A stretch of DNA of 63,989 nt, the filler included, from an uncultured bacterium (GTDB taxonomy: Bacteria > Auribacterota > CAZIXI01), in assembly GCA_964543115.1 (NCBI GenBank). It is 5 parts of 5 records of this genome, joined end to end, with 100 filler letters (N's around TTAATTAATTAA, not from the genome) between each part and the next. Parts side by side here need not be neighbours in the genome. Positions count along the whole stretch, not along the records: positions 42,312 to 56,194 come from CAZIXI010000068.1; positions 56,295 to 63,989 come from CAZIXI010000167.1; 3 more parts are not named here. One strand, written 5' to 3'. The number at the start of each line of letters is the position of its first letter. Position 1 is the stretch's first letter. Positions 55,382 to 62,958 of this stretch are shown here, piece after piece. Made by a program: the position numbers and the translations under genes. A model generated the notes under the pieces. The model was not told the origin of the DNA, ran no database searches, and saw only the letters and a program-made list of their open reading frames with translations.

Positions 55382-56194
55382 ATGAAAAAGCTATTAGTTA
55401 TTACCATTTTTGTTTGTTTGCTTGCCCCTTTCGGCCTGCAGGGGGAACCGGTATCCCTGGATGAAGTGCTGGCGGTGGGGCAGGCGCAGATTAGGGCAGC
55501 GAATACACGTGCTGCCGTGGCTGTATCCGCTTCTTTTTCCGCTGTCCGGGAGCTTACTGATGAAGCGACGGGAGAGTTGCTGGCCTATATCCTCGAGTTA
55601 GAGCCTCAGGGTTATATAGTTGTTTCTCCGGATAACGATATCCGTCCGGTTATTGCCTATTCCTTTAACAGCGATTTCAGTATGGAAGAAACTCCGGCCA
55701 ATATTTTAAAGGATATGGTAAGAACTGATATGCATAACCGGTTAGCGGCCCTACCGCAGAGAGCCGTGGCCTTAAAAGCGGAAAATAATTTTTTATGGGA
55801 TGAATATTCCCGGGTGGGCAGCAATTTGGTTTTGGAGTTGGCTGCTGCCGATCAATGGCCTTCCGGTCAGGACGGCTGGGTGCTAACCCAGTGGGGGCAA
55901 TACAGTCCTTATAATGATAATTGTCCAATGGATCCGGATGTCAGTCAACGCAGTGTCAGTGGTTGTGTGGCCACGGCCATGGCCATGATCGTTAATTTCT
56001 GGCAGTATCCAGCGGCTGTTACTTTTGAGAGCGGTGACAGTTACTGGTCCTATTATTATACGAGCCAGGATGTCTGGATCGATGCCCCGGCAGCAAGTTT
56101 CAGCGGACTGGATTATCGCGGCGGCACTCCTTCGAATAGCGACATTGCCCGGCTGGTTTATGCCTGTGGTGTGGCTGTGGATATGCAGTACAGT
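55382..56194 (+). CDS. Second secreted peptidase C10 paralogue (truncated by contig end)
   Basis: Signal peptide MKKLLVITIF; GYIVVSPDNDIRPVIAYS; LTQWGQ; SGCVATAMAMIVNFWQYP. Confidence 0.85.
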
Positions 56195-56294
56195 NNNNNN
56201 NNNNNNNNNNNNNNNNNNNNNNNNNNNNNNNNNNNNNNTTAATTAATTAANNNNNNNNNNNNNNNNNNNNNNNNNNNNNNNNNNNNNNNNNNNN
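56195..56294. other. Artificial contig linker
   Basis: N44-TTAATTAATTAA-N44. Confidence 0.97.
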
Positions 56295-56699
56295 AGCGGA
56301 ATTGACTACCATCACCACCGGCCGGTCTTCTACCCCGTCGGGTAAGGTGGTTACCCGGTCAACCGCCTTCTGTATATCATTCACCACCTTTTCCAGGTCC
56401 TCCACATCCGGATCAATCTCAATTACAATTGTGGATAATCCTTGCGTGGATTTGGAAACGATTTCCTTAATATTACTTACTTCCCGTACTTCCCTCTCCA
56501 GCGGCACGGTTACCAGTTTTTCCACCTTTTCGGCGGAGGCGCCGCGAAAAGCGGTGGTTACATAGACGGCGTTGAAAGATACCGGCGGAAAGGCCTCTTT
56601 GCGCATATCAAAAAGGGCAAATGTGCCGGCCAGCAAAATGACCAGGCTCATCAAATTAACAAACATGGAATTTCTTACCGAAAACCGCGCAAAAATCAC
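56295..56699 (-). CDS. RND efflux permease (AcrB family), N-terminus (truncated)
   Basis: FSVRN..MRKEAFPPVSF..GASAEKVEKLVTVPLE..SKSTQGLSTIVIE; GTG 56699 with GGAGG, overlapping the TolC stop. Confidence 0.88.
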
Positions 56700-58180
56700 A
56701 ATTCTTCCTCCCAATATTTATCTAACAGTGTATTCTGCGCCAGGTCCAGATCAATCAGGCTGACGCGGTAACGGAAAAGGTCATAGGCAGCCTGCAGGCG
56801 CGCCGTTAAGAGGTCCTCTTCAAAACGGATTAGGATATCGGAATTGGACCGGCCGTATTTCTGGCGCTTTTCCTCTTCCTTCAGTTTGTCCCCCTGCAGC
56901 ATGACCAGGATCCCGGAAAGAGTTACCTGATTCTTTACGGTGTTCACTTCATTAACCGTATTATTCAGTTCCCGCAGGATCAGTCTTTCCACTCTTTTCA
57001 GCATGAAAATGAGCTGCTGTTTCCTTAAAGAGGCTTCTTTTTTTTCGCTGCGCGCCTTTCTGTTTTCCAGGGGGAACTTCACTTCCAGACCGACAAATAC
57101 TTCCTTATTGTCTTCTGAAACTATTTCATCCCAGGCCTCTTGATAGTCGGAATCTAATCCGTTCTTCTCAAAAGAGGCGCTCAAATCGATCTCCGGCCAA
57201 AGGGCGTTCTTTTTAACGGTCAAATCTATTTCATTGGCCTTAACCATGTTCTTTACTGTTTTATAGTCCCTGCGTGAACTGATCGCGATATTCACCGCCG
57301 AAGCCAGATCCACTCCATAGGGATCAACTGCCAAACTCTCTAACGGCTGCAGCTGCACGGAAAGATCAGCAGCGTTTAGCAGGAAAAGCAGATCATTTTT
57401 AGCGGTTTCCCCGGCCAGCTGGGCCCCCAGCACATCATTATCCCTTGATCTGACATTCGCGGCTACGGCCAGGAGATCGGCCTTCTCCGCCAGGCCTTTT
57501 TTGTATTTATTATCATAAATTTCATATAACCGCTGGGCCTTCTTACGCATATCCTGTTTGATGCTCAGCTCTTCGCGTTTCAGTATGTAGTTCCAGTAGG
57601 CTATCTGAACATTGGCCAGGGCCTGCTCAACATTGTCCAGGGAAGTATATTCTGCATTAGCGATATCTATTTTGGTTATTTTGACCGTCGCCCGGTCAGC
57701 CAAGCCGAAGAAGTTTTTTCCCAGCGGCTGGCGCAGGGAGAGTCCGACAACGGCGTCATGGGCGGGGTTTATAGTGTCAAACGGCGAATTAGAGTACTGC
57801 CGCTTATTGCCTAACTTTAGCTCCAGGTCCGTACCCAGAGGTAGTTTTTTGCCGACGGCTGCCTGGTAATTGTTAATAACGTTTTTATCTCCCAGGAGCG
57901 TGGTTTGCGGTTTCTTTTCGTCTTTCAGGTAGTCGATGTTGGCTCTAAGAAAGGTATCAAAGATTGATTTTGCCCTGCCCAGATATGTCCGTTTGATGTA
58001 GGCGTCATATTTGGCAATCTGGACATCCAGGGAATTTTCCAGGGCCAGGCGCGATACGTCAGCAAGGGAGATCTCCATTGTAGCAGCCTTCCCTATCCGC
58101 TCTACTGTCTGGGCCCGGGCCAGACTGCTGCTTATAATTATTAATAAGATAATTATCCTATTTAGCTGAGGTTTCTTCAT
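56696..58180 (-). CDS. tolC: TolC family outer membrane efflux protein
   Basis: Signal peptide; ISLADVSRLALENSLDV; LRQPLGKNFFG; ALWPEIDL; EEKRQKYGRSNSDILIRFEEDL. Confidence 0.85.
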   Translation of the reverse strand: MKKPQLNRIIILLIIISSSLARAQTVERIGKAATMEISLADVSRLALENSLDVQIAKYDAYIKRTYLGRAKSIFDTFLRANIDYLKDEKKPQTTLLGDKNVINNYQAAVGKKLPLGTDLELKLGNKRQYSNSPFDTINPAHDAVVGLSLRQPLGKNFFGLADRATVKITKIDIANAEYTSLDNVEQALANVQIAYWNYILKREELSIKQDMRKKAQRLYEIYDNKYKKGLAEKADLLAVAANVRSRDNDVLGAQLAGETAKNDLLFLLNAADLSVQLQPLESLAVDPYGVDLASAVNIAISSRRDYKTVKNMVKANEIDLTVKKNALWPEIDLSASFEKNGLDSDYQEAWDEIVSEDNKEVFVGLEVKFPLENRKARSEKKEASLRKQQLIFMLKRVERLILRELNNTVNEVNTVKNQVTLSGILVMLQGDKLKEEEKRQKYGRSNSDILIRFEEDLLTARLQAAYDLFRYRVSLIDLDLAQNTLLDKYWEEEL

Positions 58181-58619
58181 CGATTACCTTCTTTAGTTTT
58201 CGTATTATCCGGAGGTACTGCATTCTCTCTCTCTCCGTCAGCCGGCTGAAGAGATTGGCAATGATTTTTTTCTTTTGCAGGCGCACTTTATCAGCGTTTC
58301 TGGTCCCCTTTGGCGTTAGCTTAATATAAACAATCCGGCGGTCAGCGGGATCTCCCGCCCGTTTAACCATTTTCTGGTCATGCAGGCGATTAATTACGTT
58401 AGTGGCCGCCGGCAGGCTGATGTGCAGGATCCTGGCAATCTCTTTCATTTTCATTGCGCCGGACTGCTTGAGCAATTGCAGGATGATTCCCTGGAGGAAA
58501 GTAAGCTTACCCAGACCGGCAAGATCCGTCTGGCGCTGGAAGGCCCCGCGCATTATGAACATTAACGAATTGGTTACTTCCTGGGCAAACGATTCTAAAG
58601 ATTTCTTTTTCTGCTTCAT
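58158..58619 (-). CDS. MarR family transcriptional regulator
   Basis: LTFLQ..MKMKEIARILHISLPAATNVINRLHDQKMVKR..DRRIVYIKLT. Confidence 0.92.
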   Translation of the reverse strand: MKQKKKSLESFAQEVTNSLMFIMRGAFQRQTDLAGLGKLTFLQGIILQLLKQSGAMKMKEIARILHISLPAATNVINRLHDQKMVKRAGDPADRRIVYIKLTPKGTRNADKVRLQKKKIIANLFSRLTERERMQYLRIIRKLKKVIDEETSAK

Positions 58620-58668
58620 AATACTTAATCTCCTTAACTATTTTTATACTTAAACATTAATTAGATTA

Positions 58669-58697
58669 ACTATACTACAATCACAAAGAACTGTAAA
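58669..58697 (-). promoter_or_regulatory. sigma70 promoter of marR-tolC-RND
   Basis: TTTACA-N17-TATAGT. Confidence 0.65.
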
Positions 58698-58724
58698 GAG
58701 AAAAATGCCGGCATGCCGGCAACC

Positions 58725-59003
58725 TTACGGCTTTCGGTAAGCGCAATCCGGCAGCACATCGTTAAATTTAAGCACCTCTCTGATGGGCACACAGTTGAAT
58801 TCATTGCCCTTTACCGTCATTTGCCCACCCAGCCTGTTTTCGTACGATTGACACTTATATCTGCCGTCCAGTTGGCGCACAAGATTGCGGCAGGGATCCT
58901 CGCCGCCTGCCCCGCAGCACCTACCGCAGCGCCTGCAGAAAAACTCATAACGGCGGATAGACTCTTCCTGGTATTGTGCATATCTTTTATTATCCATAAT
59001 CAA
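58725..59003 (-). CDS. Small Cys-rich protein (YkgJ/zinc-iron-chelating-like)
   Basis: CRRCGRCC..PCRNL..CQSYENR..CVP..CAY. Confidence 0.7.
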   Translation of the reverse strand: MIMDNKRYAQYQEESIRRYEFFCRRCGRCCGAGGEDPCRNLVRQLDGRYKCQSYENRLGGQMTVKGNEFNCVPIREVLKFNDVLPDCAYRKP

Positions 59004-59121
59004 GAGAATAGTTTAGCAAAAATAGGGGAAAATTATAGCAGAAAGTTAAAAAAAGATTGTGTTACCGCATCCAGGGGATGTAGCCTAAAAAGGTGAGAAA
59101 AAAATCAAATCCAAAGATTAC

Positions 59122-59337
59122 CTAATCTTCCATGGCATTGCCAATCAAGGCTCCGGCAACGGCACCGCCGACACCGCCGATTAACGCTCCCGCACCGGCG
59201 TGTGAAGACAAACTACCTATTCCGGCCCCGATTCCGGCTCCAGCCAAACCACCGATTGTCGCTCCTTTCTGAGTGCTGGTACAGCCGGCAACTGCCACTA
59301 GAAGGAATAAAGCTAGGATTATTCCTAACCATTTCAT
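59122..59337 (-). CDS. Glycine-zipper lipoprotein
   Basis: Start ATG 59337 after AAGGAGG; lipobox VAG-C; GATIGGLAGAGIGAGIG..GALIGGVGGAVAGALIG. Confidence 0.88.
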   Translation of the reverse strand: MKWLGIILALFLLVAVAGCTSTQKGATIGGLAGAGIGAGIGSLSSHAGAGALIGGVGGAVAGALIGNAMED

Positions 59338-59376
59338 TCCTTCCCTCCTTTCTCTCGTTTCGCCAATTGATAATCC

Positions 59377-59392
59377 AGCAACTCTCATGCCA
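59377..59392 (-). promoter_or_regulatory. sigma54 (-24/-12) promoter
   Basis: Reverse complement TGGCATGAGAGTTGCT: GG-N10-GC. Confidence 0.72.
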
Positions 59393-59472
59393 GACTTAAA
59401 TGGCGCAGCACATATTATATGTGGTACATTATTAATGACTTATATTTCACGAAAAAGCCAGGCAAGAAGATT

Positions 59473-59514
59473 TGTCTACTAATAAGACAGTCTTTTATGT
59501 CTATTAATAAAACA
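59473..59514. promoter_or_regulatory. Two 17-bp palindromic sites TGTCT-N7-A(G/A)ACA
   Basis: TGTCTACTAATAAGACA (59473-59489) and TGTCTATTAATAAAACA (59498-59514). Confidence 0.65.
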
Positions 59515-59543
59515 TTGCCTGTCTGGCTAAATTTTCATATAAT
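59515..59543 (+). promoter_or_regulatory. sigma70 promoter of the divergent membrane protein gene
   Basis: TTGCCT-N17-TATAAT. Confidence 0.6.
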
Positions 59544-59582
59544 AGCAGTCCCAAGCGAAGCTTGGGAAAATTGGAGGTATTT

Positions 59583-59960
59583 ATGATTTTACCGATAGTA
59601 CTTTTGTTCTATGGCATTATCTGGCTGGTCTCCGCCTTTATCCTGACCTTGGGAATTTTCCTTGTTGGTAAGATTTCCGGCTGGCGGTCGGAAACGGGTT
59701 TCTGGGCGCCTTTTCCCCAGGCCCTGCTGGCTACTTTTATTATAACGCTGGTGGATGTTGGTCTAAAATTTATCCCTATTCCGCTTATTCCCTGGATAAT
59801 CAGGGCGGTTGTCTGGTGCCTGGTTATCATGAAGATATTTGATATTGATTTCTGGGAGGCAATCCTGCTGGCGGTAATCCTTTTCTTTATCCGGCTGGTG
59901 ATTTTTACTATTATTCTGACTCAGTTTATTACTATTCCCTACCCTCTCTTTATTCATTAG
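59583..59960 (+). CDS. Hypothetical four-TM membrane protein
   Basis: GGAGG before ATG 59583; hydrophobic throughout. Confidence 0.7.
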   Translation: MILPIVLLFYGIIWLVSAFILTLGIFLVGKISGWRSETGFWAPFPQALLATFIITLVDVGLKFIPIPLIPWIIRAVVWCLVIMKIFDIDFWEAILLAVILFFIRLVIFTIILTQFITIPYPLFIH

Positions 59961-60055
59961 ACTAGGGGGCTCGGGATACTGTTTCAGCGGAGAAATCTCC
60001 TCCAATTGCTAGAAAAGCTCTATCTTATCTACAGCACGAGAAGCGAAAAGCGGAA

Positions 60056-60997
60056 TTAAGGGGTAACGATTTCTTCCATGATATCTTCCATGGTTACTAT
60101 ACCAATGAGCCTTCCCTTGCTGACAACTGCGGCCATGGTTTCCTTGTTGGGTTTCAGCAGGGAAAAGAGCTGGTCTATTCGTTGCTGCGGTTCTGTCTGC
60201 CTCAGCGGGCGGATGTAGTTGTGCCAGTCATCGCCGTGATAAAATAAATCAAAGATATTGACTACTCCACCAATACCTTTTTCCCGGAAAACAGGAAAAC
60301 GGGTAAATCCCTGCCGGCTGGTTTTGGCCAGGATCTCTTTGCGGGAATTATTGTAATTAACACTGACCACCTTATTCAGCGGCACCATGACATCAGCCAC
60401 TTTTCGATAGCGAAAATCCAATACACGGTGGATGGTCTCTTCTTCTTCCTCTTCCAGCACTCCTTCATCGGCAATCTGCTGGACGATGATTTTGATATCT
60501 TCCTTGCTCAAGAACCCCGGCTGGATTTTTCGCTTAATACCCATTGCCCTAACGATGGAATTAGAAAGAAAATCAGCGGCGATCACAACCGGGAACAATA
60601 TCTTTTGGAAGAATGAGATTAACGGGGCAATTGCCAAAATGATTCGGTTGGCCTGCGCGCGAAAAATGGCCTTGGGAACCGTTTCGCCAAAGATAAGAAT
60701 TAAGGGCACCATAATAATGGTGGCGATAACCGTACCGCTGCGGGGAAACAGCTTAAGACAGAGGGATGTGGCCAGGGCGGAGGCAGTAACCACACAGAGA
60801 TTTGTACCCAATAGCGTTGTCGCCAAAAAGCGATGCGGTTGCTGCAGCATCTTCCAGATAATTTTGGCGCGCGTGTTGCCCTTCTCCGCCAGTGATCTTA
60901 TCCGGACCCGGCTACAAGAAACCATAGCGGTTTCCGTACCGGAAAAGAATGCCTCTAAGATTAAGACCAATATAATAGAAACAATCACTCCGCTCAT
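60056..60997 (-). CDS. CNNM/hemolysin family protein (DUF21 + CBS, no CorC domain)
   Basis: EAFFSGTETAMVS, LATTLLGTN, FGETVPKA, RFPVF, GIVTMEDIMEEIV. Confidence 0.9.
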   Translation of the reverse strand: MSGVIVSIILVLILEAFFSGTETAMVSCSRVRIRSLAEKGNTRAKIIWKMLQQPHRFLATTLLGTNLCVVTASALATSLCLKLFPRSGTVIATIIMVPLILIFGETVPKAIFRAQANRIILAIAPLISFFQKILFPVVIAADFLSNSIVRAMGIKRKIQPGFLSKEDIKIIVQQIADEGVLEEEEEETIHRVLDFRYRKVADVMVPLNKVVSVNYNNSRKEILAKTSRQGFTRFPVFREKGIGGVVNIFDLFYHGDDWHNYIRPLRQTEPQQRIDQLFSLLKPNKETMAAVVSKGRLIGIVTMEDIMEEIVTP

Positions 60998-62214
60998 TTA
61001 CCAACCTCGATAATAACGCTGGTTATTCTTTTGGCGATCCTTTTATCTACGGTTAGAACAATATTGTTTTCTTTAACTTTTTCCCCAACGGCAGGAATTT
61101 TTCCCAATCGGTCCATAACCAAACCGGCGATCGTCTCATATTCCTCTTCCGGCAGATTCAGCCGCAGGGCCTCGTTAACGTCTTTTATCGTCATTTTACC
61201 AACTATCCGGTAGCGGTTATCGCCCAGATCCTCAATTAGCTTCTCCGGCGTTTCAAACTCATCATATATTTCGCCGAAGATTTCTTCCAGCAAATCCTCC
61301 ATCGTTACCATGCCGTCAGTGCCGCCGTATTCATCCACCACAATGGCAATCTTAAGTTTCTGCCGCTCGAACATCTGCAGCAATTCATCAATTTGTTTTG
61401 TGTCTGGCACAAAGAGAACCGGCTTGATTAATTCCGTAAATTTACGCTTGGGATGCAGGAAAAGTTCTTTCGCGTAAATAACCCCCATAATCTTGTCCAG
61501 ATTGTTCTTGTAAATGGGGATCTTGGAATGCCTGTATTCACGGGCCAGTTGCAGGGCTTGTTCCTGGGAAGAGTCGATAGAGATCGCCTTAATGTCCACC
61601 CGCGGGGTTAATACCTCACGCACATCGGTATCGGTAAACTCCAGTACCGCTCTGATCATTTCCCGTTCTTGTTTGGCCACCACCCCTTCACGCTGCCCAA
61701 GATCGATGATGGTTTTAAGCTCTTCTTCGGTGACTGTCGGTTCATTAGTCTGCGGCTTGGTCCAAACGGGGATAAGACTGTCCGTAATCCGGCGCAGCGG
61801 CCGGCGCAGGGGAAAAATGACCTTGGCAAAATAGATAAGCGGCCGGGCGCAAAGAAAAGAAATGGTTGCGGCCCTTTCGAGAGCAAGCGTTTTTGGGGTA
61901 ATTTCTCCGAAAAGAAGTAGCAGCAAGGTCATAATACCGATAGCCATCCCCATCCCGAGATCACCAAAGGCCTGAATAGCGATTGAGGAAACCAAGACAG
62001 AGGCACTAGTATTAACAAGCATGTTGCCGATAAGGATCGTGGCCAGTAATTGAACGGGGTTGCTGAGCAGGAATTTAATATGTCTGGTATTTTTCCCCTG
62101 ACGTTCCAGTTTGCGTAAAGTCAGGGCATCCAATGAGAACAAAGCGGTTTCTGAGCCGGAGAAAAATGCCGATAATAGCAAGAGAATGATAATTAGGAAT
62201 AATTTATAGATCAT
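60994..62214 (-). CDS. CNNM/hemolysin family protein (DUF21 + CBS + CorC_HlyC)
   Basis: SAFFSGSETALFSL, FGEITPK, VVDEYGGTDGMVTMEDLLEEIFGEIYDE, YETIAGLV. Confidence 0.93.
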   Translation of the reverse strand: MIYKLFLIIILLLLSAFFSGSETALFSLDALTLRKLERQGKNTRHIKFLLSNPVQLLATILIGNMLVNTSASVLVSSIAIQAFGDLGMGMAIGIMTLLLLLFGEITPKTLALERAATISFLCARPLIYFAKVIFPLRRPLRRITDSLIPVWTKPQTNEPTVTEEELKTIIDLGQREGVVAKQEREMIRAVLEFTDTDVREVLTPRVDIKAISIDSSQEQALQLAREYRHSKIPIYKNNLDKIMGVIYAKELFLHPKRKFTELIKPVLFVPDTKQIDELLQMFERQKLKIAIVVDEYGGTDGMVTMEDLLEEIFGEIYDEFETPEKLIEDLGDNRYRIVGKMTIKDVNEALRLNLPEEEYETIAGLVMDRLGKIPAVGEKVKENNIVLTVDKRIAKRITSVIIEVGK

Positions 62215-62958
62215 TTATGTTAAGTAATCTTTTTTTATCCTTTTCAGGTTTAAACTGTTATAAATATTATTTCTTACCTCTGGGCAGTCTTTCTCCAGTA
62301 AGTGAACGATTTCCCCCATCTGCCGGCGGCGGGATCTTTCTCCGTTCGGACATTTACACAGCTGCGAAGGGAAGCCGGATTCCCGGGCGAAGCTTGTAAT
62401 TTCTTTTTCCTCTATATGGGCCAACGGGCGAATAATTTCCAGTTTTCCCTCAAACATGCTGATCTTCGGACTCATTGTACTGATGTTGGCCTGATAAAAC
62501 ATATTTAACAGTACCGTTTGCACAATATCATCTTTATGGTGCCCCAGGGCAAGTTTATTACACTTATTTTCTTCTGCCAGTTTAAACAACGCCTTGCGCC
62601 GGTTCCAACTGCACCAGAAACAGGATATTTCATTGCGGCTGCCGTCGGGATTTTTAACTATGTTAATTTTTTCTATCTGATATTGATGGCCGCCCTGCCG
62701 GAAGAAATCCGTTAACGTCTTTGCGTGAAGGCATCCCTGACAATGATAGTCAGACTGGATATGCGCGGCAAGCAGATCATATTTGATCGGGACCCATTTT
62801 TTTCTTTCCTGCAGGAGAGTCAATAAGGTAAGGCTGTCTTTCCCCCCGGATACCGCTACCAGGATCCGGTCACCCGGCTGGATCATATTGTAGCTGGCAA
62901 TGGCGCGGCCCATTTTCTTTGCCAGAAAATATCTCGTTTTATCTATAGTTCTTCCCAT
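62215..62958 (-). CDS. ttcA: tRNA 2-thiocytidine biosynthesis protein TtcA-like
   Basis: MIQPGDRILVAVSGGKDS, CFWCSWNRR, ALGHHKDD, IIRPLA. Confidence 0.85.
   Translation of the reverse strand: MGRTIDKTRYFLAKKMGRAIASYNMIQPGDRILVAVSGGKDSLTLLTLLQERKKWVPIKYDLLAAHIQSDYHCQGCLHAKTLTDFFRQGGHQYQIEKINIVKNPDGSRNEISCFWCSWNRRKALFKLAEENKCNKLALGHHKDDIVQTVLLNMFYQANISTMSPKISMFEGKLEIIRPLAHIEEKEITSFARESGFPSQLCKCPNGERSRRRQMGEIVHLLEKDCPEVRNNIYNSLNLKRIKKDYLT

Noticed and set aside
55382..56714. C10 protease exported by the adjacent TolC/RND system
   Set aside because: Adjacency is created by the linker at 56195-56294; the ORF-track entry 56247-56714 also ends in the linker.
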